Source: Candidatus Methanovirga basalitermitum (GTDB lineage Archaea; Methanobacteriota; Methanobacteria; Methanobacteriales; Methanobacteriaceae). From it: 45,044 nucleotides of DNA. Numbering within the stretch: position 1 is the first letter of the stretch; every line of letters begins with the position of its first letter. A program made the position numbers and the translations under genes. Positions 1-11,300 of the stretch are shown piece by piece. Location: assembly GCA_031284445.1 (NCBI GenBank), contig JAISZW010000091.1, positions 1 through 45,044 of the forward strand, given 5' to 3'. The notes under the pieces are model-generated. The model searched no databases. It worked only from the letters and a program-made list of their open reading frames with translations, and was not told where the DNA came from.

Positions 1-1
1 T

Positions 2-571
2 ATGTCTACTGAAGTAATAATCACATTCGACACAGGATACCCAGAAAACCTCATACAACTAAAAGAATGGAACCTAACCAGCACAAGCATTACAGGGGAT
101 GGTTGGTGGGATACATTAAAAGAAACCCACATGTACCTTGATAAATCACGGGAACAATATAGTTTGATTGTTAGTAATGAGACACTCAGCATCTATCACA
201 CATTATTCCCAGCAGATAATGCAACCTATTACCTGAACCAACCACAAGGACAATTAGATTACCAAGACAGTCTTTATCGTTTGACTTATACTGGGCAATT
301 ATTATTCATACTTGTAGGTGATGAGGATGGTAACCTATTACCATCTGAGACCACACATATAACTTTTGATGACCCGTTTACAGTCCCTGATATTATAATC
401 CCTGATACTCCTATTCATAGATTAAATATTACGGATACGGGTATTGTTCCTGATCATGATATAGTAATAACTGTATCGGGTGATGATTATGAGGATAAGA
501 CTGTGCTTTACACTACACCAAGTAGTGAGGATTTTTATGTTTGTGATTTAGTAAAACTAACAAAAAAATAG
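2..571 (+). CDS. Provirus virion-module protein, function unknown
   Basis: A 189-aa ORF, co-oriented and tightly packed with the downstream structural genes. No motif recognised. Confidence 0.45.
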   Translation: MSTEVIITFDTGYPENLIQLKEWNLTSTSITGDGWWDTLKETHMYLDKSREQYSLIVSNETLSIYHTLFPADNATYYLNQPQGQLDYQDSLYRLTYTGQLLFILVGDEDGNLLPSETTHITFDDPFTVPDIIIPDTPIHRLNITDTGIVPDHDIVITVSGDDYEDKTVLYTTPSSEDFYVCDLVKLTKK

Positions 572-594
572 TAGTAGTGGAGGATTGATACATA

Positions 595-1803
595 ATGGTT
601 AACCCATACTTAACACGTTGTAGTAACGTGCCAGACTTAACAGAATTCTACATAAATAAAGATACAGGAGAAGATGATCCTACTTATGGTACGAGTATAG
701 ATACTCCATGGAGGACATTACAATATGCTCTGGAACAATTGAATACTTATGGTGAAGGATTAGGGATGGAATCCATATACATTCGCATAGCACCTCAGAC
801 TGACCCAGAACTCAACACTCAAATCATAGATAATTTCCGAACATCACACACAACCATATTCGGAAACGGATGCCAATTAAACTACACACCAACATCTGAG
901 GCAACTAACCGTGGTAGTTTACTCATGGACACCGTATTGCGAAACTGCGTACTCTGCGATGATTTCAACTTCCAAGGTGGTCGTATTGTGCTAATTGACT
1001 GCGATATAAGAGTAACACAAAGCTTCGATGACTTATTATTAACATTATACGGAGGGAATGAACTTATAGGACCTAATAAATTCAACATATCATCTGGACA
1101 AGCCATACACGCACATAACAGCATCATAACTGACGGTGATAACACAGAATATAATTTCCTGCCAAATGATGCTCCTCGCCCAACATATAAACCAATCGAC
1201 AACAATAACACAACCTACACTAAAGCTGGAAACCAATCAGGTAACTGGGATGAGCCTAATGGTGAGTATTGGGGTGTTACAGATCCAGGGATGGCATTAG
1301 GAAAATATAGGATGGGGGTATATGAACAAGGGACTGCAGGTCAGGTACTCGGATATATACAAAATGGTACAACTGCAGTTGCTAAAGATGTTTTCGAAGC
1401 ATTGAAAAACGAGACATACAATTTAAATAATAATCGAATTGAGTTTGTAGGGCCTGATACTAATAGAGGTTCCTTAGCAGTCACCATTTATTTAACTCGT
1501 TTAGGTGATCGTATTGTGACTGCGAATTTCGGTGATGATTGGCATTTCTGGGGTGGTACAGGTGACTGGTTCACGAGTCATATTACTTTCACCAGTACTT
1601 CTGCGATAATTCCTAGTGGTTGGAGACCATCACGTAAATGTATGGCATTGATACATGGTGGGGATGCTGGTCTGACGAGTGTTGGTGCGCATTGCACAAT
1701 AAATACTAATGGTACAATAAGTATCCATACTATGGATAAGTTTAGTAATCAGGATGCTATCTGGATTCCTAATATGAGCTGGCTCACCTCCATAATTGAA
1801 TAG
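595..1803 (+). CDS. Putative receptor-binding / tail-spike-like protein (beta-helix type)
   Basis: GGAGG at 579-583 lies upstream of the ATG. The N-terminal 'YINKDTGEDDPTYGTSIDTPWRTLQYAL' resembles the N-terminal signature of pectin-lyase-fold (DUF1565-like) beta-helix proteins, recalled from memory. It sits beside other large fibre-like genes. Confidence 0.4.
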   Translation: MVNPYLTRCSNVPDLTEFYINKDTGEDDPTYGTSIDTPWRTLQYALEQLNTYGEGLGMESIYIRIAPQTDPELNTQIIDNFRTSHTTIFGNGCQLNYTPTSEATNRGSLLMDTVLRNCVLCDDFNFQGGRIVLIDCDIRVTQSFDDLLLTLYGGNELIGPNKFNISSGQAIHAHNSIITDGDNTEYNFLPNDAPRPTYKPIDNNNTTYTKAGNQSGNWDEPNGEYWGVTDPGMALGKYRMGVYEQGTAGQVLGYIQNGTTAVAKDVFEALKNETYNLNNNRIEFVGPDTNRGSLAVTIYLTRLGDRIVTANFGDDWHFWGGTGDWFTSHITFTSTSAIIPSGWRPSRKCMALIHGGDAGLTSVGAHCTINTNGTISIHTMDKFSNQDAIWIPNMSWLTSIIE

Positions 1804-1873
1804 CTTTTTGTGTGATGTTGGGGTGTATGGTATTTTCTAATACTGCCTATAATAATCTTTGATTTTTAGGTAG

Positions 1874-4600
1874 ATGAATTTTTTAACAAAAAAAAGGTTA
1901 TATTTTACTAAGGGTTTATTTTTTATGGTTCAGTTTAAAGTTTTAATCACATGCACTTGTCCAATAAGTGACTTCATCCAAATTAGTGATATTGACACCA
2001 CTCTCTCTTTTGATGGAGTAGAGAATGGTAGTATTACTTGTAGTATTTATAGTAGTACGATTGAGTTAACCCCAGGTGAATATAGTTTAACTGACAGTCA
2101 AGGAATCATCAGATCCACCCAAATAATAGTTACAAGTGATACAGAATTAATACGTGTTGGATTAAAACAACAAACACTACCCTTAAACATCCAATTCAAG
2201 GGCACTACTGTTTTTGATCCTGATTATGAAAACTCCACTATCTGCGCAAAGGTGACATGTCCAAGTACTGGGAAAGTAATAACTAATGAGATAATTTTAT
2301 TAACATTAACACAAGCCACCTATAAACCCTATATATCACTTCCTAATTTAGATTCAGGGATCTATGAATTATATGCACATCATCCAGACAGCACCATCAT
2401 TGATAATGTGACGATCACTGATAATCCTTTACTCCTTGACTTCAGCAATCCTCCCTCACCAGTATTTGATTTTGGAGTGGAACCAGTCACACGAACAATA
2501 CATAAAACTATCACAACTAACATCACACTACTAAACCTCCAGTTAACAGCAGGCAAATGCCCAATCAGCAAAACCATCCCCACCACAGATATTGAATATG
2601 ATGCCTATAACGGTACAACTAAAATCATACCAGACCCCAACCAACATGAATTCAACTGTACTGAAAACCTCGTATATCTTTTATTCAAAGAATCATACAT
2701 CACTACTGATTTCAACACCACAGGGACAAGTGGAAGCAACCTCCAAAACTACAGTAAAGGAGACACCATAGCTTTTGTTGAAGCACCAGACATAGATAAT
2801 CATATCCTCATCACCTTAAATATCTTAATCAATGAAACCACAGTTTGGGATCCTGAAATAGAGAGTATCGAGATAATAAAAGATTACAGTTGCAGAATGA
2901 ATGGTCCAACTAAACCAGAAACACAAATCATCACACAAAAGAATTATAAAGGAATAATAAAACTCAACGACCTATATGGAGGATTATATAAAGGATACTA
3001 CAACATACAAGTCTACATTAACACAAACACTAGAAGAATATTCATCGATGCAATCAATAATAACAGTATTTACCTGGAAGACAGGGAACATATCACCCAT
3101 GATTATAACCAACTCATGTATATTGAGACCAGTAACTTCACAGGCAATATGATTAATTGTGAATTATCCCTACCATACAATAGTTTCAATCGTCGTCTTA
3201 TCGGTGAATACAGTAAGGATAACCCATCTTATAACCTACTATTGAACTCTCCAAATGAGAGTTCAGGAGTGAATGTTTTTGATTCTCATCGTTACATGAT
3301 GCAACTAAGTGATAATAAAGATGACAAATACGAAGATGAGAACATAATCTTCATTTTATACCCTCCACAACTAAGCAAACCATTATGTGATGAAGGCAAA
3401 ACACTAATCACAGATTTATTGGATATTTTTGATTTGAAACCAGATACCAGTTATAATCTGCAGATGAAAGTGGATAGCAGTTCACATAACAGCTATTACC
3501 AATTAGTTATACGATTCTACACGAAAAATAGTGATGATGGTTTTGATGAGTATTTTACTAGTAGTAGTAGGTATTTTAATAGTGATCATGACACTATAGT
3601 GAATCTCCTATTTAAAACACCAAGTAAGGTATTACAGGACACTCATTATACGATTTATCTCATGAGGATACAAAGTAGTGATGGTAAACCCTCACGTAGA
3701 GGTGAAGTATGGGAGATACGTAATATTGACTTAAGAGAAGGTGTGATACCAGAATACACCCACAACTGCAATCGTCCTGATAACTGCCCCTTCTTCACAC
3801 TCGACGGAATAGACTCAAACCAAATCACCAACGACAATAGTTTCAAATTAGACCGACCAACTGGTGAGCTGATAAGTAATCTGAACAGCATAGAGTTCAA
3901 ATCCAATAGTGTGGATGGACGGGTGATAACAAACAACACCTATGAACCAGTCCAGATCACATTACCAGTAATATTAACACCAGGTAAAAATAATCGTTGT
4001 CTACAGGAACAATTCACCTTACTTGATAATATTATCAGTTACTTCCTACTAAACCCACGTTTAAATGGTAAGATCCGTGAAAGACAACTAAAACTCAACT
4101 ACAATGAAAATTACTATGATGTGGTTCTAACTGGAGATATCACACCACAAATAGATGATAAAGATAACCGCACATTAACCATGGATTTAGAGTTCACAGT
4201 TAACAGTGGACGAGGATACAAATCATACAAAACACTAAAATACGGAGAAGTGGATAATTTAACACCAGGTTATGCTGTGAATCCTGTACTGCAATTCCAT
4301 ACTAATATGTTCATGAAGAAGGGTGATGTCTTAAACATAGTCATTACTGATCGTATGAGTAATACTCAATGCCTCATCTACGGGTATTTGCTAACTAAGG
4401 ACATAAAAACAGATAATAGTAGTATGATTGTTGATATGGAGAAAAGAACCGTCTACTTTAACTGTGAAAATATCACAAAGGATATTCCTATTAAATTGGG
4501 TTGGTTGCGATTAGAAGGAAGTTACGACCTCCATATGAATCTCGTGGATGATAAAGTGAGTGATATGAATGTTTATGGACGGGAGGTGTTTAATTTATGA
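1874..4600 (+). CDS. Large virion protein, fibre/adhesin-like (function unknown)
   Basis: A 908-aa uninterrupted ORF, Thr/Asn/Ile/Asp-rich, with no NTPase motif. Its stop overlaps the next start (ATGA at 4597-4600). The real start may be the internal ATG at 1926 (MVQFKV...). Confidence 0.5.
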   Translation: MNFLTKKRLYFTKGLFFMVQFKVLITCTCPISDFIQISDIDTTLSFDGVENGSITCSIYSSTIELTPGEYSLTDSQGIIRSTQIIVTSDTELIRVGLKQQTLPLNIQFKGTTVFDPDYENSTICAKVTCPSTGKVITNEIILLTLTQATYKPYISLPNLDSGIYELYAHHPDSTIIDNVTITDNPLLLDFSNPPSPVFDFGVEPVTRTIHKTITTNITLLNLQLTAGKCPISKTIPTTDIEYDAYNGTTKIIPDPNQHEFNCTENLVYLLFKESYITTDFNTTGTSGSNLQNYSKGDTIAFVEAPDIDNHILITLNILINETTVWDPEIESIEIIKDYSCRMNGPTKPETQIITQKNYKGIIKLNDLYGGLYKGYYNIQVYINTNTRRIFIDAINNNSIYLEDREHITHDYNQLMYIETSNFTGNMINCELSLPYNSFNRRLIGEYSKDNPSYNLLLNSPNESSGVNVFDSHRYMMQLSDNKDDKYEDENIIFILYPPQLSKPLCDEGKTLITDLLDIFDLKPDTSYNLQMKVDSSSHNSYYQLVIRFYTKNSDDGFDEYFTSSSRYFNSDHDTIVNLLFKTPSKVLQDTHYTIYLMRIQSSDGKPSRRGEVWEIRNIDLREGVIPEYTHNCNRPDNCPFFTLDGIDSNQITNDNSFKLDRPTGELISNLNSIEFKSNSVDGRVITNNTYEPVQITLPVILTPGKNNRCLQEQFTLLDNIISYFLLNPRLNGKIRERQLKLNYNENYYDVVLTGDITPQIDDKDNRTLTMDLEFTVNSGRGYKSYKTLKYGEVDNLTPGYAVNPVLQFHTNMFMKKGDVLNIVITDRMSNTQCLIYGYLLTKDIKTDNSSMIVDMEKRTVYFNCENITKDIPIKLGWLRLEGSYDLHMNLVDDKVSDMNVYGREVFNL

Positions 4601-6735
4601 TTAGCATGTTCCTATTAAAATTATTACTACGTAACACTTATCTAGGTAATGAAGAAGACAGCCGATACCAGTATAAGTCACCTATAGTGGAGAACTGGGC
4701 AAACCACCAACTACCACTATTACAAACCCTCGATGATAACCCACCTCATTACCAGCATGATTACCAGTCTGGTAATACAAGTGATGCTCAAAAGTACAGA
4801 CTAGAGGAAGCGAAGGATCATTGGAACCAATACCTCTTTATCAAGGATTATATGAACCTGGAGGGAGAACAATTAATAGGAGTTGATTACTTCAACCTCC
4901 TATTAAATGCATACACTACATACTATCATGCCATTGACTCCTATATGCCTGAGAACCTCTTTAGTGATACTGACCCACTCGTAGTTAAATATAAGGGGAT
5001 GCTTAAGGATTTAACACTCCAAAAACTCTACTCTGGTCTGATAAAACAAAGCACCATAATAAACACCGATTACCAGCATGAAATACTAACTGATTGGAAT
5101 ACCGATACAACAGGAAGTATTGGTTTCAATGTATTCAACATCACAGATGCGAGTAAAACCCGTTTATATGATTGGTTAAGAGACATAGTGGATAATAATA
5201 GTAAAAGTAGTTTCGATAGATATACCGCATACTTACTACGTGTTATGAAACAATTCATCAAAGGAGAGAACCTATTCAATTATGTTAACCAAGAAACACC
5301 AATCCAGACTCCAGGCGGAGGATACAGTTACCGTACAAGTTACAAAGAGTTCCCAGATATTGATCAGTATATTACTGATAAGAAAGGCACAATAATCCTC
5401 TATAATCAATATATGAGACTAATAGGAGTACTCAACAACAAAGACGACCTCTACACACTTACTGAACATAACAGCTTAAAAGACCGCTACATAGAAATAC
5501 GAATCAAAAAAAACGAAACCATCAACAACGGACTAATACAAACAGGAAACTACATCATACAAACAGAATCAGCCGAAGGCACACCCGAACGATACCTAAT
5601 AATAAAAACAGAAAACACCGAAACAACAGACGATAGTGACACAATCCACATAACAGCAGTCCATACCCAACAAGAAATATACAAACAAAACACAGGTGAA
5701 ATCGTATGGAACCAAAATCAGGCTACAGTATCCTTGGCCGATTCTTTTAATCATATTGCAGAATTCATACCACCACACTCACAGACATTACCAACACCAC
5801 CCACAAATGACACAACAGGCTGGTACTACACATTAAAAAAATACATTGACTGGATAGCTGAAAACCGTGGATGGGAATACCAATACCGTTTAATCAACCC
5901 ATTCAATGGTGATAGGCGAGAACAACTCGTATTTAATAAGCGTAATGGTAAACGAATACCCTACATCTTCACAACCCGTGATATACGTAACATGAAAATA
6001 ATAGAAAACATTGAAGATAAAAGAACCAAAGACCGACGGAACACGTCATCTCGTAACCAAACAATATGGTTAGAGACAGGAATAAATCGAGGTGACCGAT
6101 TCCCCAAAGCATCCAAGGATGACAGTCCAGAAACCAGTCAAGTCTGGAAAAGAGGAACCTCATGGTATGGTGGGTCACGTTACGGGGTAAATACCTATGG
6201 GATAGGTGATGTAACCAGCTTTAAACCATTAGGAAGACCGAAGATGCAGGGTTTACCAGACTACAACTACGCATACAACACCACAGTAGTGCAACGACAA
6301 GATCCCGAATACGTGACAGGACAAGAAGACATCTACAAACGAGATAATGAATCCAATGAAGATTACAACTATAGAGTTGGTAGTTTCCAAGCAAACAGCC
6401 TGAAAGCTGGTCAAGATTACCTACTAGATAAAATAAATAATGCTGATGACATACTACAAATAGAACTAAGTTTAGATGGCTACTACACAGACTATGATAA
6501 CCTATCAGTGAACGTATTTGACTCAATCATCATGGAGTACCTACCAGGCAGATATATTATAGCTCGTGTCACAGAAACAGTTAAATCCTATGATGATATA
6601 TCCAATTGCAGTATACGTATTGGTACAAGTCCAGCCAGCATGCTAGCAGATCGGGATGTGCGTAACCAGTACATGGAAAACATAGAAGTCATCGACGTAT
6701 CAGAACTAATACACTACGTGGACGTGGGAACATGA
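4597..6735 (+). CDS. Large virion protein; possible portal (assigned by position only)
   Basis: A 712-aa ORF translationally coupled at both ends (ATGA overlaps). It sits immediately upstream of the MuF/gp7-like gene, the usual portal position. No portal motif recognised by eye. Confidence 0.3.
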   Translation: MISMFLLKLLLRNTYLGNEEDSRYQYKSPIVENWANHQLPLLQTLDDNPPHYQHDYQSGNTSDAQKYRLEEAKDHWNQYLFIKDYMNLEGEQLIGVDYFNLLLNAYTTYYHAIDSYMPENLFSDTDPLVVKYKGMLKDLTLQKLYSGLIKQSTIINTDYQHEILTDWNTDTTGSIGFNVFNITDASKTRLYDWLRDIVDNNSKSSFDRYTAYLLRVMKQFIKGENLFNYVNQETPIQTPGGGYSYRTSYKEFPDIDQYITDKKGTIILYNQYMRLIGVLNNKDDLYTLTEHNSLKDRYIEIRIKKNETINNGLIQTGNYIIQTESAEGTPERYLIIKTENTETTDDSDTIHITAVHTQQEIYKQNTGEIVWNQNQATVSLADSFNHIAEFIPPHSQTLPTPPTNDTTGWYYTLKKYIDWIAENRGWEYQYRLINPFNGDRREQLVFNKRNGKRIPYIFTTRDIRNMKIIENIEDKRTKDRRNTSSRNQTIWLETGINRGDRFPKASKDDSPETSQVWKRGTSWYGGSRYGVNTYGIGDVTSFKPLGRPKMQGLPDYNYAYNTTVVQRQDPEYVTGQEDIYKRDNESNEDYNYRVGSFQANSLKAGQDYLLDKINNADDILQIELSLDGYYTDYDNLSVNVFDSIIMEYLPGRYIIARVTETVKSYDDISNCSIRIGTSPASMLADRDVRNQYMENIEVIDVSELIHYVDVGT

Positions 6736-7421
6736 ACAATTTTAATACTGAACTAAGAAGCATCACAGAAGATATCATCCGCGAAACATTAACCTACGGA
6801 TACATCAACAAGACCAGTATCCATTACCAACTAGTCACCATCTACAATAAATACTATGGGACAAATCCTGGAGTGATAAACTTACTAAACCTATATGAGG
6901 AAAACCTACTAATAAACCTGGAAGTATTATTAGATTTAAATGAAGAAATAAATGATTATACAGGAGAAGACCAAGATCACTTAGTCGCATTATCGTGGGA
7001 TGACTTACAGAAAATACTAACAACCGCAGGCATGATTGGCTTATTAGATGATTATAATGGAGTGACTGATTATCGAGACTTAACAAATAACATCCTTAAC
7101 ATTGGTAGAAGTTTGGAAATTAGTGAAGATTATGATGAAATCGCCACATTCATAACCATGAATTATCCTGATGAGGAGGTTTATAAGAGTTGGCAGGCTA
7201 ACCCACCAGACCCAAACACAAGCAGACATTTAGATACTATGGATGGTATCAGTATACCATTCGATGACATTTTTGAAGTTGTTAACTCACAGACTGGTGA
7301 ATCCAGTATGATGAGATTTCCGAAAGATCCTGATAGTGATGATATAGGTAATATAGCTAATTGTTACTGCTCATTAAATGTGCATTATCCTGACGGCACC
7401 GACACCAACACAGGATTGTGA
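6732..7421 (+). CDS. Phage head morphogenesis protein, Mu F / SPP1 gp7-like
   Basis: The C-terminal 'SRHLDTMDGISIPFDDIF...FPKDPDSDDIGNIANCYCSL' matches the MuF-family pattern R..H..ldG......F....P.dP......NCRC. Confidence 0.6.
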   Translation: MNNFNTELRSITEDIIRETLTYGYINKTSIHYQLVTIYNKYYGTNPGVINLLNLYEENLLINLEVLLDLNEEINDYTGEDQDHLVALSWDDLQKILTTAGMIGLLDDYNGVTDYRDLTNNILNIGRSLEISEDYDEIATFITMNYPDEEVYKSWQANPPDPNTSRHLDTMDGISIPFDDIFEVVNSQTGESSMMRFPKDPDSDDIGNIANCYCSLNVHYPDGTDTNTGL

Positions 7422-7427
7422 ACCATT

Positions 7428-7805
7428 ATGGTTATTAGTGTAAATATAACTGGATTAGATGAAATAACGCAAAAATTGGAAGAAGCAAAAAATAATATCC
7501 GTGACACCACACCAGTCATGCAAAACATATTGGATGAATCAGAATCTATACTTAAAAGTAAAGCACCAGTACGTACAGGGGCGTTAAGAGACAGTATCAG
7601 TAGTATTAATATGGGTACGAGTGGTGTTGTTGGCGATATCACACATAGCATTGAATACTTCCCATATGTGATTTATGGTACACGTCCTCATCCTATTAAT
7701 CATCCAGGGACAAAACCCAACCCATTCATAGAGGATTCAATACCTATTATTGAGGCTGAAGCAGATACGTTAATGAGTAAATGGTTAACACAAATATTTG
7801 GTTAA
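7428..7805 (+). CDS. HK97 gp10-family head-tail connector / tail-completion protein
   Basis: 'KSKAPVRTGALRDSI...IEYFPYVIYGTRPH' matches the gp10-family core (aPvdTGaLrdSi ... YapyVEyGT). The 125-aa size is typical. Confidence 0.7.
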   Translation: MVISVNITGLDEITQKLEEAKNNIRDTTPVMQNILDESESILKSKAPVRTGALRDSISSINMGTSGVVGDITHSIEYFPYVIYGTRPHPINHPGTKPNPFIEDSIPIIEAEADTLMSKWLTQIFG

Positions 7806-7854
7806 CACAAAGTATTTTTCAACAATTGACTACTAAAAGAAAAGGGGTATTCAC

Positions 7855-8352
7855 ATGAAAACAGCAACTAAAACATTATCACCACCAAAACGAATACATG
7901 AAGCACTTATAGAATTATTAAAAAGTATCGACCCTACTATTCAAGTTATCGGGGGTTACGACCCTAAAACAGTAATGAGTGTAAGGCGATTGGGTGTGAA
8001 TGTGACCATACTCAACCCATATTATAATAATAAAAAGAATAGGACACCAACTGATGCTAGTATTGATTTAACTGGTATCTGTGATAATCGTATAACTGGT
8101 TATGATGCTAGTATTGCGTATATCGTACGAGGACTATCATCAGAGACTAATTTATTGGTGGAGGAGTTAAGATACCAAGTACTACAAAGATTCCAAGAGG
8201 ATCCTTATTGGAATACATTAGCAGGTAATGCTAGTAGTGTATTAATATTGGATAATGATAAAACCCCTATATTATCTGAGACTAATAGTTTCGCATTAGC
8301 CACCACCACCATACACATCAAAATACCACCAAAAAACAAAAGAGAATGTTAA
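7855..8352 (+). CDS. Putative tail-terminator / neck protein (DUF3168-like)
   Basis: A 165-aa ORF between the gp10-like gene and the tape measure. The N-terminal 'IHEALIELLKSIDPTIQVIGGY' is reminiscent of SPP1 gp17-type proteins. The call is mainly positional. Confidence 0.3.
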   Translation: MKTATKTLSPPKRIHEALIELLKSIDPTIQVIGGYDPKTVMSVRRLGVNVTILNPYYNNKKNRTPTDASIDLTGICDNRITGYDASIAYIVRGLSSETNLLVEELRYQVLQRFQEDPYWNTLAGNASSVLILDNDKTPILSETNSFALATTTIHIKIPPKNKREC

Positions 8353-8355
8353 ATT

Positions 8356-11300
8356 ATGGCAGGAACGGATATAAGCATAGGATTCACAGGCGAAGACCAA
8401 GTAACAAGCATCATAGAGAGTGTCACATCTGCATTAGAGAAATTAAGTGATGTAGCAAGCAGTATTGGGTCTAATATGTCCAGTTTAGAGGATTCTTTAA
8501 CAGAGTCTGCTAATGGATTCAATAAAATAAACGATGATGTGGAAGAAACCAGTAAATCCTTTACTGATATGGAAAGTAGTATAGATTCTTTAACTGATGA
8601 TTTAGAGAGTGTAGAAAGTGTTGCAAGTGAATTAGGTGATAGTTTCAATAGTCTTGATAGTGATATGTCAAATGTATCAAATTCCTTTGAAGATGTTAAT
8701 ACAAGCATGGAATCTTTAGTAGATAGTGCAGAACATGTAACTATCAACTTAGATGAATTAAATAATTATACTAATAATATTAGTAATGATATGAATAATA
8801 TATCTGATTCAGCAGCCTCTGCAGGTTCAGCCCTTGGAGATATGGCTTCAGAGATAGGATTAAACACAGGACAATTTGGAAGCATGTCCAATGCAGCAGG
8901 AGGATTATTCGATAGTTTATCAAACCTAGCAAATGGAGGAACTATAACCACTACTGCACTTGCTGCAGTAGGTGTGAGTTTAGCAGGATTAATAAACTAT
9001 ACTGGGGAAGTTAACGATTCATGGAGCAGATTAGAAGGCATAACAACCAGCACAGGAGGTAGCTTCGATTCCTTGAAAAACAGTATAAGTAGTGTGAGTC
9101 AAGAAACAGCAACCAGTGTAGGCAGTCTACGTTCAGCTGCTACCAGTATGGAGTTATATGGTGCAAGTACCGAGCAGGTGGAGAAGATATTACCAAACCT
9201 AGGTGTGGGTGCTTTTTATGCTCATAAGTCAGTTGACCAATTAGGACAAACCATGTCTGTACTTGCAAGCCGACCCACAGCTATGGCAAGGTCATTCACA
9301 CAACTCGGAACAAGCCTTAAACAAGTAGCAGAAGCTAATGGGATGACCGAGAAAGAATTCCAGGATGCATGGAAGACCATGACAGTTGACCAGCGTTTAG
9401 CAGCCATCAGCAAAGGATTACATACAAGTGAAGCAGAAATAAAAAACTGGAAGAACAGCTGGTCATACAGTCTCGGAGAAGCACAGAACGCAATAAACAA
9501 AGGCATGGGAGCTATTAAAGATGTTATCAACCTATCAGGAATAATACCAGCACTAAAAAGTGCAGGTGAAACAATCTACAACATCATCAACAACTACCTA
9601 ATCAAACCATTCGCATCATTAACAAGCAAAGACCCTGGACTAGCAAAAATAGCAGCACAACTAGCAGTAGGATTAGCAGCCATCGCAGGATTAGCAGGCA
9701 TAGCACTAACAGCAAAGAAAGTTATAAGTACAATTAAAAATGTATTTGGTGGTTTAGGCAGCCTAGGAAGTAGTGGTGGTGGTAATGTTGGTTTACCAAC
9801 ACCACCAACAGTCGATACAAAAATCGTGGATAAATGGAAGACATTAGGAGCTGATTTACGGAATATGGCAGCACAATTCATCAAAGCAAGTGTAGGGATA
9901 GCCATGGCCATGGCATTAATAACAGAAGCCATACTATTATTAGCAGCACCAATGGCAGCATTCGCAGCGGTTGGTGCAGTATCAAGTGCTTTGGGTGATA
10001 AGGTAGAGAAGGGTTACCAGGCAGTCTGGGACTTACAGATTGCCTTAGCTAAGATAGCACCATTACTCGCCGTGATAATTGGATTGGGTGCTATAATAGG
10101 TGGTGTCACTAGTCTAAGTGGTGGACTAGGATTAGTTGGTATAGGAGCAGCAATGATAGGAATAGCTGCTTTCATGACTATGGTATCAGAGGCACTCTTA
10201 TTAATGATACTACCACTCACAGCATTAGCAAGTGTGGGTGTGATGATAAGTGGACAATTACCTAACCTGGAGACAGCGAGTGTAGCCATTACTAAGTTAA
10301 GTGAAACATTACCTAAAGTACTAACCAGTTTAGCCATGTTAACAGTGATCAACATAGGAATCGATCTACTTGCTATAAGTAGTGTGATTGGTTGGATTAT
10401 CACTGGTTTCGGATCACTCGTAGTGGCAGGCCTAGACATAGCACTAAAAAACATACAGAAACTAGCAGACGCAATAAACAACAGCAACATACCAATCTTA
10501 GACACCAGTAAAGTGGAAAGCATCAAACAATGCGTTGAAGTCATAAGCAACCTGAAAACAATACAAGACAAAATAACAGGCGGCACAATAGGGTCAATAA
10601 TACAGGGAATCCTACAATTCCTACAAATAGGAGAAGACCCAAGCACAACACTAAAACCACAATTAGATAATCTGCGTAAGATAGCAACGGTTATCAACAC
10701 AGCTGAAATACCATTAGTAACGGATACTATTAGTGGTAGTATAAGTGCTATTGGTACTGTCTTGAATAATGTTAGTAGTGCTTATACAAGTTATAGTAGT
10801 GCTGCGGCTAGTTTTAGTGCTGCTATAGCGGGTAGTAATGTTGCGGGTGCGAGTTGGGGTAGCTTCAAATCAGGTGAAGCATTCAACCAGACTGGTGGTA
10901 TAGGTGAACAATTAACAAGCATGCTAACAGAATTATCAACCATAGCAGCAATATTGCAAATGAAAGAGGGTTATGATGATTTAAAGAACTTCAGCAGTGA
11001 TAACATACCAATCAGCCAAATAAACAGTATAGGAAGTGCATTAACCAGTATAAGTAGTGCTATTAACAGCATACCAACAATCGAAGTATCAGACAAATTA
11101 ACGAGTACAGCTGGTGCTATCAGATACACCCTCTCGGCATTAGATGGTGTAGCAGGGGAATTAGTTAAAGGAACAGCAACATACGCCCAATTACTATTAG
11201 GTTATGTTGCAGCATTAGTGGTGGCGGCAGGTGTGAATAGTGTTAGTAGTGGTTTAAGAGCAGCTCAAAACGCTATTAACAACATACCAACAGTAGACTC